A stretch of 64,000 nt of DNA, taken from assembly GCA_964443975.1 (NCBI GenBank), contig CAYUFS010000024.1, positions 4,450-68,449 of the forward strand, given 5' to 3'. Made by a program: the position numbers and the translations under genes. The DNA comes from an uncultured Myxococcales bacterium. GTDB lineage: Bacteria; Myxococcota_A; Polyangia; Fen-1088. Each line of letters starts with the position of its first letter. Positions within the stretch are counted from its first letter, which is position 1. The notes under the pieces were generated by a model, which saw nothing but the letters and a program-made list of their open reading frames with translations, searched no databases and was not told the DNA's origin. Of this stretch, positions 1 through 10,570 are shown piece by piece.

Positions 1-2
1 CC

Positions 3-158
3 TTCGCCGGCGGCAGTCGAGGACCGCCGAGCCTGGTCATCGGCGTGGCGCGCGTCAGCGCCCCCAAGAACGCCATGGAAGCGCTGTCCAAAGAAGAGCG
101 CTATCGGGTCTACTACGTCGAGCGCACGGGCCAGTTTTTGAGCATCGAGCCACTCTGA
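3..158 (+). CDS. 3' end of an upstream gene running off the window; hypothetical protein C-terminal fragment (...EALSKEERYRVYYVERTGQFLSIEPL*)
   Basis: Open frame from the window edge with normal amino-acid composition and a stop at 156-158. The next ORF starts 8 nt downstream. Confidence 0.35.
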   Translation, partial: FAGGSRGPPSLVIGVARVSAPKNAMEALSKEERYRVYYVERTGQFLSIEPL

Positions 159-165
159 GGCATCC

Positions 166-681
166 ATGTCGACCAGTTCCCCAACTCCAGATAGCACCGC
201 CTCCCTGCGTCCGCCCGGCGCGCGGAAATCGGCTCCCTCGGTTTCGGCGATCCAGGTCGGCGCGGACGGCTCCGGCAAGGGTTGGCTCGCCGTGATCGCG
301 AAGCGGACCTGGACGGTGGCGCGCGGGCACTGTCATCTGGCGCCCCAGCAAGTGCCGCTGGTCGACGAACCGATTTACGACGAAGGGCGCGCCGTTCTGG
401 TTCATGACGCCGACGTCATCCTGAATCGGGCGAAGGCCGACGTGATGGTCGATGGCCACGTCTACCCGCCCGGCGGTCGAACGCCCTTCGATTTCCAAGT
501 GCAGGTGGGTACCCTGCTGCGGCGGGCCCGGGCGTTCGGTCCACGTCGTGCGTCCGCTGGCATCGCCGGCGCCGCCGGTCCCCACATCTCGCTGCCCGAG
601 CCCGTAGACAAGATTTCTCTGGGATGGGAGAGCGCCTACGGCGGCGTCGACCTGAACGTTGCAATTGCCGCGAGATCATGA
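166..681 (+). CDS. hypothetical protein, 171 aa, possibly a DUF2169-like N-terminal domain or truncated
   Basis: ATG 8 nt after the upstream stop. Composition is not Arg-biased, and motifs such as WLAVIAKRTW and AFGPRR recall DUF2169. The ORF ends abruptly before an integrase remnant. Confidence 0.4.
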   Translation: MSTSSPTPDSTASLRPPGARKSAPSVSAIQVGADGSGKGWLAVIAKRTWTVARGHCHLAPQQVPLVDEPIYDEGRAVLVHDADVILNRAKADVMVDGHVYPPGGRTPFDFQVQVGTLLRRARAFGPRRASAGIAGAAGPHISLPEPVDKISLGWESAYGGVDLNVAIAARS

Positions 682-974
682 GCCGGCTCGCGGCAAAGCG
701 GCTTTGTTGGCGGCGGGATTCTGATCGCTCCAGGCCAAGCATCTGGCGGCGAAATCTTGTGCCCTCCTTGTGCCCCGACTCTGCACTGAACGGCGGTATC
801 AGACGGGACGGCGCGGGATCGAACGGGAGCGACTTGTCCAAACGATTTCGTGGGTTTGGTGGGTAAGGCCGCGTCTTCTCTCGTTTCTCGTCGGACCCTT
901 CGCAAGGGTCCGACTCCCGGCGCCTCCACAATGATTCTGTTTGATTTCAGTTATTAACGCGACTGACAGGTGCT

Positions 975-1127
975 GCACGCCCGCCGCGTCCCGGCGCACA
1001 TCCGGGCTGAGGTGTGCGTAGCGCATCGTCATCTCGATCGTGGCGTGACCGAGCAGCTCCTGGACTGCCTTGAGGGGCACGTTTCGCATCACGAGGTGTG
1101 AAGCGAACGTGTGCCTCAGCATGTGCC
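975..1127 (-). pseudogene. tyrosine recombinase (phage-integrase family) C-terminal fragment
   Basis: [49 protein letters not shown] is the conserved catalytic C-terminus (HxLRHT ... LGH ... Y). The rest of the integrase is absent. Confidence 0.6.
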
Positions 1128-1382
1128 ACCTCCGCGTCGATCTCGTCCAGCTTCTTGGTGCCGAACCTCGGCAATAATAGACGGACAGCATCACCTGCCC
1201 GGGCCAGCCTCCTCGCGCTTCGACGGCCTGCCCCAACTCTGGTGGTGCCCAGGTTTGCGCGTCGGGGCACCCGCATCTAGTTAGCTGGAACGGACGGCGG
1301 GACTCCCACCGTGCCGCCGCTTGCGATACTCTGCGACGCGCAAATGGCTCTCGAACACGGACGCGGCGGCTGGTGCACGTCG

Positions 1383-2660
1383 ATGCTGCGGGGGGTGCTC
1401 GTCGCCGCGGCGACGCTCGGGTGCGGCGCGCGCACGCGAGGGCTCGCCGCCGACGACGGCGGCGACGCGGGCGCCGACCCGAGCCTCGCGAGCGCGTGGC
1501 AGAGCGGGACACGCCTGCGCGCCCGCGTGCGCGACGGCGGCGGCGGCGCGTTGATGCTCGTCGCCTGGTCGGACACGAAGCTCGGCATCGACTGCGGCTT
1601 CGTGCGCCTGCCCGGCGGATCGTACCGCTGCCTACCCCTCCTCCTCAACGGCGGCCGACCGGTGGACAGCTTGTGCCCGGCCGACCTGCCCCCGGGCGAC
1701 CTATCCGCCTACGTCTCCGCCAGGGAGACCGTCGACCTGAGCACGCGCCCGCTCTCGGCGCGCGTGGTGGTCGCCGACGACGGCACCCGCGAGAACGTCG
1801 GCCTCTACGACACGACGCACATGACCCCGTGCGTCCCGCTCGCCAGCCTCGTGGCCGGCGCCGCGTCGATGGTCTGCGTTCCGGCGGACGCCGCGATCGC
1901 GAACCCTCCGCCATTCGGCTGCCTGGTCCAGGATACGACCTGCGCGCCGTGCCCCGCGGTCGGGTTCGCGCTCACGTCGGAGGGCACGGCACCGCAGGGA
2001 TCGGAGCTCGCGTGCGGCGCGATCTACCAGCTGTACACGTTCGGCGTGGCCTCGCCCGGCACGACCGGGTGCCTCGGCGCGCCCACCTGCTCGACGTCGT
2101 TCGTCGCGGACTCCACCTTCGCCACCCCGACCGTCGAACGCACGGGCACAGGACGCCTCCACGTGGACCTGTTCACCGACTCGGCGGGCCGCGCCGTGAG
2201 CGGCGCCGAGGTGCACTCGCGGACGCTCCTGAGGGACATCGTCGGTTTCGCCGCGCCCGATCGCACGTTCTTCGACGAAGCCGTGAGCGCTCCGTGCCTG
2301 CCGCGCCCTGATTCCCCCAGCGGCGACCGCTGCCTGCCCCTGCCGAGCGCCGGAGACCCCGGCTTCACGTCGACTTGCCATCTGCGCCGGTACGCGGACG
2401 CTGGCTGCACCCAGCCCGTCTACGTCACGGGCGGGTGCCCGCTGCCACCCAGCTGCGACGGAAAGGGCTGGTTCACGGCCCCCGACGCCGCCTACTCGCT
2501 CGGCGACACGCTCTCCGTGGAGAAGGTGTACGCCGCGAGCGTCGCCGGTTGCGCCGAGGACACGGCCTTCGACCCCGTGCACCTCGTCGAGGTGGTGCGC
2601 GCGCTCGGGCCCCGCATGCCGTACGACTCGTTCGCGCCGATCACCGACCGCGTCGAGTGA
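1383..2660 (+). CDS. secreted Cys-rich hypothetical protein (lipoprotein-type signal [16 protein letters not shown])
   Basis: Long ORF with balanced composition, a signal peptide with a lipobox, and many Cys. Competing frames are Arg-rich artefacts. Confidence 0.6.
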   Translation: MLRGVLVAAATLGCGARTRGLAADDGGDAGADPSLASAWQSGTRLRARVRDGGGGALMLVAWSDTKLGIDCGFVRLPGGSYRCLPLLLNGGRPVDSLCPADLPPGDLSAYVSARETVDLSTRPLSARVVVADDGTRENVGLYDTTHMTPCVPLASLVAGAASMVCVPADAAIANPPPFGCLVQDTTCAPCPAVGFALTSEGTAPQGSELACGAIYQLYTFGVASPGTTGCLGAPTCSTSFVADSTFATPTVERTGTGRLHVDLFTDSAGRAVSGAEVHSRTLLRDIVGFAAPDRTFFDEAVSAPCLPRPDSPSGDRCLPLPSAGDPGFTSTCHLRRYADAGCTQPVYVTGGCPLPPSCDGKGWFTAPDAAYSLGDTLSVEKVYAASVAGCAEDTAFDPVHLVEVVRALGPRMPYDSFAPITDRVE

Positions 2661-2999
2661 GGGTCAGCTCGGTCGCGGCTGGCAGTCCCCGAAGGCGACG
2701 GGCACTCTGCCCTCGTCGGAACCTCGCCCACCAACCCCGGCAGCGCGGTGTCGTCGTAGGACCTGCGCAACGACGGCTTCCTGACCCCATCACCCAGTCG
2801 GTCGGCAACGGTCAGGTGGCCGTCTGCTGGATCCGTGGTCAGGTTGTAGGGCTGGCTGCCGACCGCCACTGGCGTGGGCGTCCCCGTCGCCGTCAGGAGC
2901 CCATTCGTCTGATCGACCGTGAACACCGCGATCTGGGTCTGGTCAGCGACGTAAGCGGGCCCTGTCGCCCAGACGGATTCGTCACGGGGTCGAGGCCAT

Positions 3000-3123
3000 C
3001 GAGCAGCTTCACCGCGTGACGAGGCACCTCCGGGCTGAGGTGCGAGTAGCGATTCGTCATCTCCATCGTCGCGTGACCGAGTAGCTCCTGCACCGCCTTC
3101 ATCGCCGCCCCTCGCATGACGAA
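3000..3123 (-). pseudogene. second tyrosine recombinase C-terminal fragment, a direct repeat of the one at 975-1127
   Basis: [41 protein letters not shown]. The nucleotide sequence is about 80% identical to the 1000-1110 fragment and in the same orientation. Confidence 0.55.
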
Positions 3124-3151
3124 GATCCATGTACGGGTTATTGTCCAGGCG

Positions 3152-5644
3152 ATGGGACTGGGCCGGCTGGCGAGAGGATGCGTGCTCGGCGCGATATTCG
3201 CCGCCGTCGTGGGTTGCGGTACCTCAGGCACGCGTGTTGACGCGATGGAGTCGGACGCCACGTCCGATCGCGGGACCGACGCCACCTATGGCGCTGCCGG
3301 CAGAGGTGGTGCGGGAGCTGTCGCTGGCACGCAGGGTGGCGCAGGCGCGAGCGGAGCGGGTGGTGACGCTGTTGCCGGAACCGGAGGTAGCGCGGGCGGT
3401 GGTGGTTCGGGCGGCTTGGCAGGAAAAGGGGGAGCGATGGCTGTCGGTGGAGTCGCCGGCGCCGGCGGAAACGGACCAGGTGGAGGTGCCGGCGGATTGG
3501 GCGGAAGCAGCGGTACTGGTGCGACCGCCGGCGGCGGCGCGGGCGCGGGCGGAACTGGTCAGGGCGGGGCGAGTGGGAGCGGCGGTGTCGGCGGTGCTCT
3601 CTCCGATCCTTGCATGCCGGCGGACGCGTCGTCGATCGAGGCCATCAGCGCCGGCACCACGCACACGTGCGTGCTCACGAACGCCGGCTCGGTCCGGTGC
3701 TGGGGTGAGAACGGTTTCGGCGAGCTCGGCGACGGCACGACCGTGTTGCGCTCGACGTTTGCCACCCCTGACGTGCTCGCGGGCGTCCAGCAGATTGCCC
3801 TCGGCGGCCCCGTGTCGTGCGCACTGACGACGGGGGGTGATGTTCGCTGTTGGGGGTCGAATAGCTACGGGACGCTCGGCGATGGAACGAAGGTCAACCA
3901 GCTCGTGCCGACGGCGACCGTGCTCTCCGGCGTCAAGGCCATCGCCACGGGCGGCTTTCACACGTGCGCGCTGATGGTGAGCGGCGGCGTGCGCTGCTGG
4001 GGCTACAACTCCGGCGGGCAGCTGGGCGACGGCACGACGACGGATCGCGCGACGCCCCCCACCGTCGACGTTGCGACGAACATGAAGGCGATCGCCGTTG
4101 GTGCCGACTTCACCTGTGGCTTGACCCAGGCGGGGGGCGTCCGATGTTGGGGACGCAACTACTATGGGCAGCTGGGTACGGGTGACACGACTGACCTGAA
4201 GGTGCCGCCGACCAAGGATGTGCTGACGAACATCCAGGCGATCGTGGCCGGCAGCTCTCACGCGTGCGCTCTGACGACGACGGGTGGCGTTGATTGCTGG
4301 GGGAACAACGACAGCGGCCAGCTCGGTGCCGGGTTCGTCACCGTACCGCAAACGACCGGCATCGTGCTGAGCGGCGTGCAAGCCATCACCGCAGGAGCGC
4401 AACACACCTGCGCGTTGATGACGAGCGGCGGCGTGCGTTGCTGGGGAAGCGCGCAGTATGGTCAGCTCGGCGATGGCACGCTGACCTCGCAAGCTCTGGC
4501 ACCGGCGACCGACGTGCTGACCGGCGTCCGCGCGATCGCGGCCGGGCCCGGTGGCTTCCACACCTGTGCGCTGCTCACGTCCGGTGAGATCCGCTGCTGG
4601 GGCGCCGACACCGTCGGCCAGATCGGGGACGGCACCGCAGACGCGCGGCGCGACGTCATCTTCGGGATGAAGGCCGTCGACGCGGCCAACGGCAACACCT
4701 GCGCGATCACGCAAGCGGGGGGATTGCGCTGCTGGGGGGCCGCGACCGAGCCGCCGACCACCGATCTGATGACGGGCGTGGAACAGGTGAGCGTGGGGCA
4801 CGGGCTGTTCACCTGCGTGGTCACGACCGCGGGCGGGGTGCGGTGCTGGGGCGACAATACTTACGGCCAGCTGGGCGACGGGACGACGACCGCCAGCAGC
4901 GGCCCTCCGGCGACCGACGTGCTCACCGGGGTCAAGTCCGTCGCGGCCGGAACGCGGCACACCTGCGCGCTGACGATCATGGGTGGTGTGCGCTGCTGGG
5001 GCGCCAACGATGGCGGGCAGCTGGGCGATGGCACGAAGGTCAATCGCTCGAGCCCTCCGAGCGCGGACGCGCTCACGGGCGTGCAGGCGATCGCCGCCGG
5101 TGGAGCGGCCACGTGCGCGCTGACGAACACGGGTGGCGTGCGCTGCTGGGGTTTCGGCCTGGATGGGACGGCCAGCGTGGTCGCGACGCCCCCGGCGGTC
5201 GACGCGATCCAGGGTGTCCGTTCCATCACGGTCGGCTCGGACTTCAGGTGCGCGCTGACGATCGCGGGTGGCGTGCGTTGCTGGGGGCTCGACGTCTACG
5301 GCGAGCTCGGCGACGGGGGCAAAATGCCGGTGCCCTCACCGCCGGCGACCGATATTCTCACCAACGTCGCCGAGGTCGCAGCCGGCTACCAGCACGCCTG
5401 CGCGGTTACCCAGACAGGCGGCATCCGCTGCTGGGGCCTGAACCAATACGGGCAGGTGGATCGGACCACCACGGGCTGGCTCCGCTCACCGCCGGCTACG
5501 GACTTGTTCACGGGAATGAAGGCGGTCACGGCCGCCAGCTCTCACTCTTGCGCGCTGTCGAACCTGGGCGGGGTCCGTTGCTGGGGCAGCCCCACCGGCG
5601 TGGGTTACCGGCGCTCGCCGACGACGGTCGTCGTTTGTCCTTGA
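3152..5644 (+). CDS. RCC1-repeat (seven-bladed-propeller type, about 14 repeats) lipoprotein with a Gly-rich N-terminal linker
   Basis: Lipoprotein signal (AAVVGCGTSG) followed by a Gly/Ala-rich linker. Repeated HTCALTxxGxVRCWGxNxxGQLGDGT units are classic RCC1/ATS1 repeats. Confidence 0.85.
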   Translation: MGLGRLARGCVLGAIFAAVVGCGTSGTRVDAMESDATSDRGTDATYGAAGRGGAGAVAGTQGGAGASGAGGDAVAGTGGSAGGGGSGGLAGKGGAMAVGGVAGAGGNGPGGGAGGLGGSSGTGATAGGGAGAGGTGQGGASGSGGVGGALSDPCMPADASSIEAISAGTTHTCVLTNAGSVRCWGENGFGELGDGTTVLRSTFATPDVLAGVQQIALGGPVSCALTTGGDVRCWGSNSYGTLGDGTKVNQLVPTATVLSGVKAIATGGFHTCALMVSGGVRCWGYNSGGQLGDGTTTDRATPPTVDVATNMKAIAVGADFTCGLTQAGGVRCWGRNYYGQLGTGDTTDLKVPPTKDVLTNIQAIVAGSSHACALTTTGGVDCWGNNDSGQLGAGFVTVPQTTGIVLSGVQAITAGAQHTCALMTSGGVRCWGSAQYGQLGDGTLTSQALAPATDVLTGVRAIAAGPGGFHTCALLTSGEIRCWGADTVGQIGDGTADARRDVIFGMKAVDAANGNTCAITQAGGLRCWGAATEPPTTDLMTGVEQVSVGHGLFTCVVTTAGGVRCWGDNTYGQLGDGTTTASSGPPATDVLTGVKSVAAGTRHTCALTIMGGVRCWGANDGGQLGDGTKVNRSSPPSADALTGVQAIAAGGAATCALTNTGGVRCWGFGLDGTASVVATPPAVDAIQGVRSITVGSDFRCALTIAGGVRCWGLDVYGELGDGGKMPVPSPPATDILTNVAEVAAGYQHACAVTQTGGIRCWGLNQYGQVDRTTTGWLRSPPATDLFTGMKAVTAASSHSCALSNLGGVRCWGSPTGVGYRRSPTTVVVCP

Positions 5645-5697
5645 TGAGCTGGCGGTACACTAGGCGCTGCCCTCCGTCACGCGATAGTCTCGCGGAA

Positions 5698-8600
5698 ATG
5701 CGGGGCGTATTTGCGAAGGTGCACTGGGGGATTCTCGGGGCGCTTCTGGCGTCTGCTGCCTGCTCGGGGGGAGGCGGGAGCCACATGGGCACCGCCGGTG
5801 CGGCAGGTTCGAGGATGGGCGGCAGGAACGGAAGCAACGGCGGAATGGCGGGTGGCACCGCCGCCGTCGGCGGAAGCGGCGGCGGTGGAATCGGTGGGCG
5901 CGCTGTCGGCGGAAGGGGCGGCGTAGCAGGCGGCGGCACCGCCGCCGGTGGAATCGACGGCACCGGCTTCGGCGGAATCGGCGCGGGCGGCGCCGGCGGG
6001 AGCGGCGCTGCATCTTGCCCGGGCGGGCTCGGGACCGCGGGCAGCGCCGGACCGGGCGGGGTGGGCGGCGGCGACCCGTTCGTCCTCGACCGGAATCAGT
6101 GTGCGGGCAACTGGCAGATCGCCTTCACGGCGCCAACCACGGGCTCGTCCGCGCCGTCGCGCGACCTCCTGCGCGCCAGCGGCGGTCGGATCTTCTTGGG
6201 CAACTACGTTTCAAACGGGAAATTGACGCTCGCGGCGCTCGCTCCCGGGGGAACGCCGAACGTCATTCACGAAGGCGGTCAAACCGGAATCTGGCTCGAT
6301 GGCGGGAACCTCGTCTACTCGGAGAACGCCGCGCTCTTCACGATCCCTCAGAGCGGCGGCGCGCCCGATCCTGGGGTGGTGTACGCCACGAATCGCTACC
6401 AGCCGAGCGTTTTCAGTCGGGCGCTGGACGCGCACTTCGTCTATTGGTTCCAGCACGATCCGGTCGCGATCGGCGCACCCTACGAGCTGTGGCGATTGGC
6501 CCGCAACGGGGGCGTCGAGGAGCTGTTGTTCTCATTCACCGAGGCCGAAGTGCGCCAGAAGCCGATCAACGGGATTCAGGTACTCGGCGATGACGTGCTC
6601 GTCTCTGGAACGGACTCGATCTCCGGCACCCCCTTAGCCTGGTCCGTCTCGACGAAGACGAACCAGCGCAGCGCCCTGCCGGTCTTCCTGCCGAACCCGG
6701 GCGACCCCACCCTCACCTTGGGGGACACGACGTTGCTGGGGGCCTCGGATGACGGCGCGCTCCTGTGGACGCGGCCCTTCCAGACGTTGACGGACATGGG
6801 CAGCCAGCCCTACCGCTCGTTCATCTACGCGCTCGGATCTGTGTCCGGCGGCGCGCTCGTGCCGTTCGACCTGAAGCTTCCGCCGCGCGCGATCCCCCTG
6901 GCCGCGTGGCCGGCAGGGTCCGGCGCCTGGTACGTGGCGGCGACCGAAGAGCCGCAGACCGATCACGTGCTGGTGTCGGTGTGGTGGGTCGACGCGACGG
7001 GCCGCGCGTCACGGATCGGCTGCGACCCCGCCGATTGGTCCGACGCGACTGGCGCGGGCAGCCAGGACCACCGGGGCGGCATCATTTCGGCGGCGGACGT
7101 CACGCCGGCCGGGCTCACGTTCGCGATCACCTACCCGGCGAGTCCGTGGACGATCGTCACCGTCCCGAACCCAAACATCCCGCCGGTCTCCTCCGGCTGT
7201 TCGGACACCGACGCGTCCCCACGCGACGCCTCGGACGGCGGCGTGGATGGGCCACCGCCGGCGTGCGCCTCCGACCCAACCGTCGAGTGTCAACCGGGAG
7301 CGACCCAAACCCAGTCGTGCGGCTCCAGCGCCGGCGCCTGCAAGGCCGGGACACAATCGCGAACCTGTACCGAGAGCTGCCTCTGGCCCGCCTGGTCCAG
7401 CTGCGGCGGCGCCGGCTACGTCCCTCCCAGCGCCGAGGTCTGCGGCGACGGCGTCGACAACGACTGCAACGGCGGCGTGGACGACGGTTGCGCCTGCAAG
7501 CCGGTCGCGCCGGGGTCGACGCGCTCGTTCCCCGTCCCGGGCACCATCGTCAAGCTCGTGGCCCATCCCTCCGCCTGCCTCATGTTCGGTCTCAACGCGG
7601 CGCCGTCCTCCGAGATCGTTGTGTTCGACACTGCAATGAAGAAGGAGGTGACCCGGGTTGCGCTGGGGAGCGCGGCGGTCGACCTCGACCTCTCGCCGAA
7701 CGGACAGCACCTGGTCGCGGGGTTCGCCGGGTCAAAGCAGGTGGCCGTCGTCGACCCGAGCACGTTTGCGCTGACCAACGTGCCGACGGCCGAGGGTGCC
7801 TGGGCCGTCGCGGTCGACAACGCCGGCATTGTCTACTACTGGGGTCGCCCATCCGATCTCCTGCACCGGATGGACCTCGCCGCGGGATCATCGAGCGACG
7901 TCAAGCTGGTGACGCCGTACAGCGCTGAGCCTCCGGCGCTCCAGCTTTCCGCGGACGGGGGCCTGCTCTACGCAGGGGGGCAGGGATCGACCTCGAGCGA
8001 CATCTACAGCTTGAACGTCTCCGGCGGGGGCGCGCTGCAGGTGGGGGCCGGCAACTGGCTGGGGGTCGGTTCCGGGTTCTCGCTGCCGCCGCGCTACCTC
8101 TACCTCGGGCCGAGCGGCAAGAACGCGTATTACGACGGCTACCAGCTGGATGCGACCCAGCTCACGTTCGTGCGGGGGCCGAGCGGAATCGTCCTCGCCG
8201 AGGACGCCGCCGGCAGCGTGGCCGCGTCGACCGCCGGCATCATCGATGCCCGGCTGCTCACGCGCCTCTCCTCCTTCGCGGCGCCGGTCGCGGCGGCCGC
8301 GCTGACCGCTTCCGACCACGAGCTCTGGACGTTCGACAACAGTGCAGGCGTGATGACCTGCGCGAACCTGGCGGACCTCGTCGGGGGTAAGCCGCTCGGC
8401 GTCCGCGAGTCGGGGCCGGGACTCCTGGCGAACCACGGATTCGCCAAGCTCGTCGCCGACCCGAAGCGACCGCGCCTCTACGGGCTCGACACGCTGAAGC
8501 AGGTCGTCGTCGAGATCGATCCCGCCACCGGCGTCGCCTTGCGGCAGGTGCTCGTCGGATCGGGACCGACCGACCTCGATATCGACCCCACGGGGACGTT

Positions 8601-9261
8601 TCTCTATGTGGGTCACACCGGTACGCAAGGGCTGGCGCAGCTCGACGCCGAGAGCCTCACGTTCAAGCGGTTCATCCCCACGCGCTACGTCGACTTCGAC
8701 GTCGCGCCTCTCGGTGTCGACCGCATCGCCGTCATCGATGCCTGGGAATCGACGACGCCGAGCCTCCTCGACGTCGCGACCGGGATGGTGCTCGACAGCA
8801 AGTACGAGGCCCGCTACGAGGGCCAGCTGGCGGCGACCTCTGATGGAAAGTCGCTTTTCGTCGCCGACAACCCCGGCGTCACGTCGCCGGTCATCGTCCG
8901 TTACGACGTGTCCGGGGGCATGCTCCAGCAGGTGAGCAAGAGCTCGACCCTCAACGCTGGCGCGAGCACGCCGACGCTACTCGCGACGCCCGACGGCACG
9001 AGCGTCTTCTACGCCGGACAGTGCTTGAACGGCGTCGATCTGACCCAGATCCGATATTCGCAGCCGGACCGAATCCTCTCGATCGCGCCCAACGGCCTCC
9101 TCGCCGCGTCGTCGTCGCACGTTTATCGCGTGTCCGACGGGACGCCGCTCGCTGCCGTTCCGGGGCCCTGCCCGGTCCAGGTATTTTCGCGCGACAGCGG
9201 CACGCTCTACTGCACGGATGCGGGATTCCTCACGAGCCTCGACGTGCGCGCGCTGAAGTAG
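5698..9261 (+). CDS. large secreted lipoprotein with a MopE-like putative metal-binding Cys motif and YVTN-type beta-propeller repeats
   Basis: Signal MRGVFAKVHWGILGALLASAACSGG plus a Gly-rich linker. CGDGVDNDCNGGVDDGCAC is the myxobacterial MopE-like motif. Later units such as AVDLDLSPNGQHLVAG...VAVVD and LYGLD...VVEIDPATG are YVTN/NHL-like. Start chosen downstream of the RCC1 stop. Confidence 0.75.
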   Translation: MRGVFAKVHWGILGALLASAACSGGGGSHMGTAGAAGSRMGGRNGSNGGMAGGTAAVGGSGGGGIGGRAVGGRGGVAGGGTAAGGIDGTGFGGIGAGGAGGSGAASCPGGLGTAGSAGPGGVGGGDPFVLDRNQCAGNWQIAFTAPTTGSSAPSRDLLRASGGRIFLGNYVSNGKLTLAALAPGGTPNVIHEGGQTGIWLDGGNLVYSENAALFTIPQSGGAPDPGVVYATNRYQPSVFSRALDAHFVYWFQHDPVAIGAPYELWRLARNGGVEELLFSFTEAEVRQKPINGIQVLGDDVLVSGTDSISGTPLAWSVSTKTNQRSALPVFLPNPGDPTLTLGDTTLLGASDDGALLWTRPFQTLTDMGSQPYRSFIYALGSVSGGALVPFDLKLPPRAIPLAAWPAGSGAWYVAATEEPQTDHVLVSVWWVDATGRASRIGCDPADWSDATGAGSQDHRGGIISAADVTPAGLTFAITYPASPWTIVTVPNPNIPPVSSGCSDTDASPRDASDGGVDGPPPACASDPTVECQPGATQTQSCGSSAGACKAGTQSRTCTESCLWPAWSSCGGAGYVPPSAEVCGDGVDNDCNGGVDDGCACKPVAPGSTRSFPVPGTIVKLVAHPSACLMFGLNAAPSSEIVVFDTAMKKEVTRVALGSAAVDLDLSPNGQHLVAGFAGSKQVAVVDPSTFALTNVPTAEGAWAVAVDNAGIVYYWGRPSDLLHRMDLAAGSSSDVKLVTPYSAEPPALQLSADGGLLYAGGQGSTSSDIYSLNVSGGGALQVGAGNWLGVGSGFSLPPRYLYLGPSGKNAYYDGYQLDATQLTFVRGPSGIVLAEDAAGSVAASTAGIIDARLLTRLSSFAAPVAAAALTASDHELWTFDNSAGVMTCANLADLVGGKPLGVRESGPGLLANHGFAKLVADPKRPRLYGLDTLKQVVVEIDPATGVALRQVLVGSGPTDLDIDPTGTFLYVGHTGTQGLAQLDAESLTFKRFIPTRYVDFDVAPLGVDRIAVIDAWESTTPSLLDVATGMVLDSKYEARYEGQLAATSDGKSLFVADNPGVTSPVIVRYDVSGGMLQQVSKSSTLNAGASTPTLLATPDGTSVFYAGQCLNGVDLTQIRYSQPDRILSIAPNGLLAASSSHVYRVSDGTPLAAVPGPCPVQVFSRDSGTLYCTDAGFLTSLDVRALK

Positions 9262-9298
9262 GCGGCGGACGATCGAGTCACACAGGGCCAGGCGTGAA

Positions 9299-9997
9299 TC
9301 ACGTCCCCTGACAGATCCCCGGGCGGCACACCCCGGTGGGCGGGCCGGCGCTGTTCGTCGTGCACGTGTGTGCGCAGTCTATGGATGACGAGCACGGCTG
9401 GCCGTCCGACAGCGGGGTGGCGCACGTCGCGCCCGTGGCGCACGTCAATCCGACGGCGCACTCGCTGGAGCCGCAGGCGGCGCCTAGCGCGGCGCGCGGC
9501 TGGCAGCCCACAACTGGATTGACGCAAAACTGGTCGGGCGTGCACGACATAGGCGCGCATCCCGCGGGACGTTCGACGCACGTTCCCTCGCAGTCACCGC
9601 TCGCGCAGATGAAGTCGAGGTCTTCACAGGGGGCTCCCAGGGGCATCGCGCCGGGGAAGACGTCCCCGCACACGGCGAGCCGTCCGAACGTGGGGTCGAA
9701 GACCGCGGGGCACCCCTGCTGCAGATCGGCGAGGCACTTCTGACCGGCGGCCGAGTCGTACCGAATCAGGCCCATGGCGATGCTCTGCGCCACCTGACCC
9801 TGAAGTTTCGCCCGACCCATAGCGACGCAACTGGCCTCGTCGGTCCCCGTCGTGGCGAGCCTCACGTCGGCGGGGGCGCAGCACGCGAAGACGCGCTTGC
9901 ACGCTGCGGACGTATAGGAGTCTATGAAGGTGTCCAACGAATCGCCGCCGCACGATAGCCCTGCCGCCGCGACGAGACTCGCCATAGCGACAGCCAT
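9299..9997 (-). CDS. Cys-rich secreted lipoprotein, hypothetical
   Basis: Signal MAVAMASLVAAAGLSCGG, about 30 Cys, balanced composition. Convergent with the upstream gene. Confidence 0.6.
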   Translation of the reverse strand: MAVAMASLVAAAGLSCGGDSLDTFIDSYTSAACKRVFACCAPADVRLATTGTDEASCVAMGRAKLQGQVAQSIAMGLIRYDSAAGQKCLADLQQGCPAVFDPTFGRLAVCGDVFPGAMPLGAPCEDLDFICASGDCEGTCVERPAGCAPMSCTPDQFCVNPVVGCQPRAALGAACGSSECAVGLTCATGATCATPLSDGQPCSSSIDCAHTCTTNSAGPPTGVCRPGICQGT

Positions 9998-10570
9998 TCG
10001 CGCCGAACGTCGCGTCCTCCAGCCTTCCCTATCGGCCACGCGTCATTGTACGGTTGAGCGTACGAGGTCACAAACATGCGCGCCTCATGGCGAGCGAGGT
10101 CCGGCGGAGACGGCCCGCTGCGGAACTGCGAACCATCGTCTTCTACCGGGGACGACGGGTTGGGCGCGAGAGAGTGTCAGGAATCGAACGGTCGTCTGGA
10201 GACGGCCGGCGCCGTGTCATGGATCCCGCGCCTGGTCCGGCGCGCGTTGGGACGGGCGTGAGCGGCAACTCAACTCGCCGCCGCGCGCTTTGCCCGCGGG
10301 AGCGGGGGCGTGGCGGCAAGACGGGGGCGCAGTCGAGGAGCGCCCGAGACAGGTTACATAGTCCCACATATCAGACATACGACCACCTTGCCCCGTTCGC
10401 CGATCCCGCGCTGAAATCACTTGCTCGCCAACCCTCCGTGTTAGAGGCCGGACAAGAAACCAGGTAGCAAGCGGCTGGGCTGACAAGCAGAGGTGGGCTA
10501 GCGGCCCGTAACGAGAGAGGACACGGATCTTTGTTAGACCCGCGAGATGCGCGCGTAATATGATCGTTCC

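Noticed and set aside
1373-2311. 312-aa plus-strand ORF and several minus-strand ORFs over 1311-2660
   Set aside because: Poly-Arg ([11 protein letters not shown]) artefact frames. The Cys-rich secreted protein frame is the coherent one.
4843-5697. 5' extension of the 1472-aa ORF overlapping the RCC1 gene
   Set aside because: It overlaps the well-supported RCC1 CDS in another frame with Arg-rich content. The plausible start with a signal peptide is the ATG at 5698.
10040-10570. Small ORFs in the 530-bp region upstream of the LuxR-type regulator
   Set aside because: They are short, Arg-rich and mutually overlapping. The region is more likely promoter or non-coding DNA, with lower local GC near 10340-10560.
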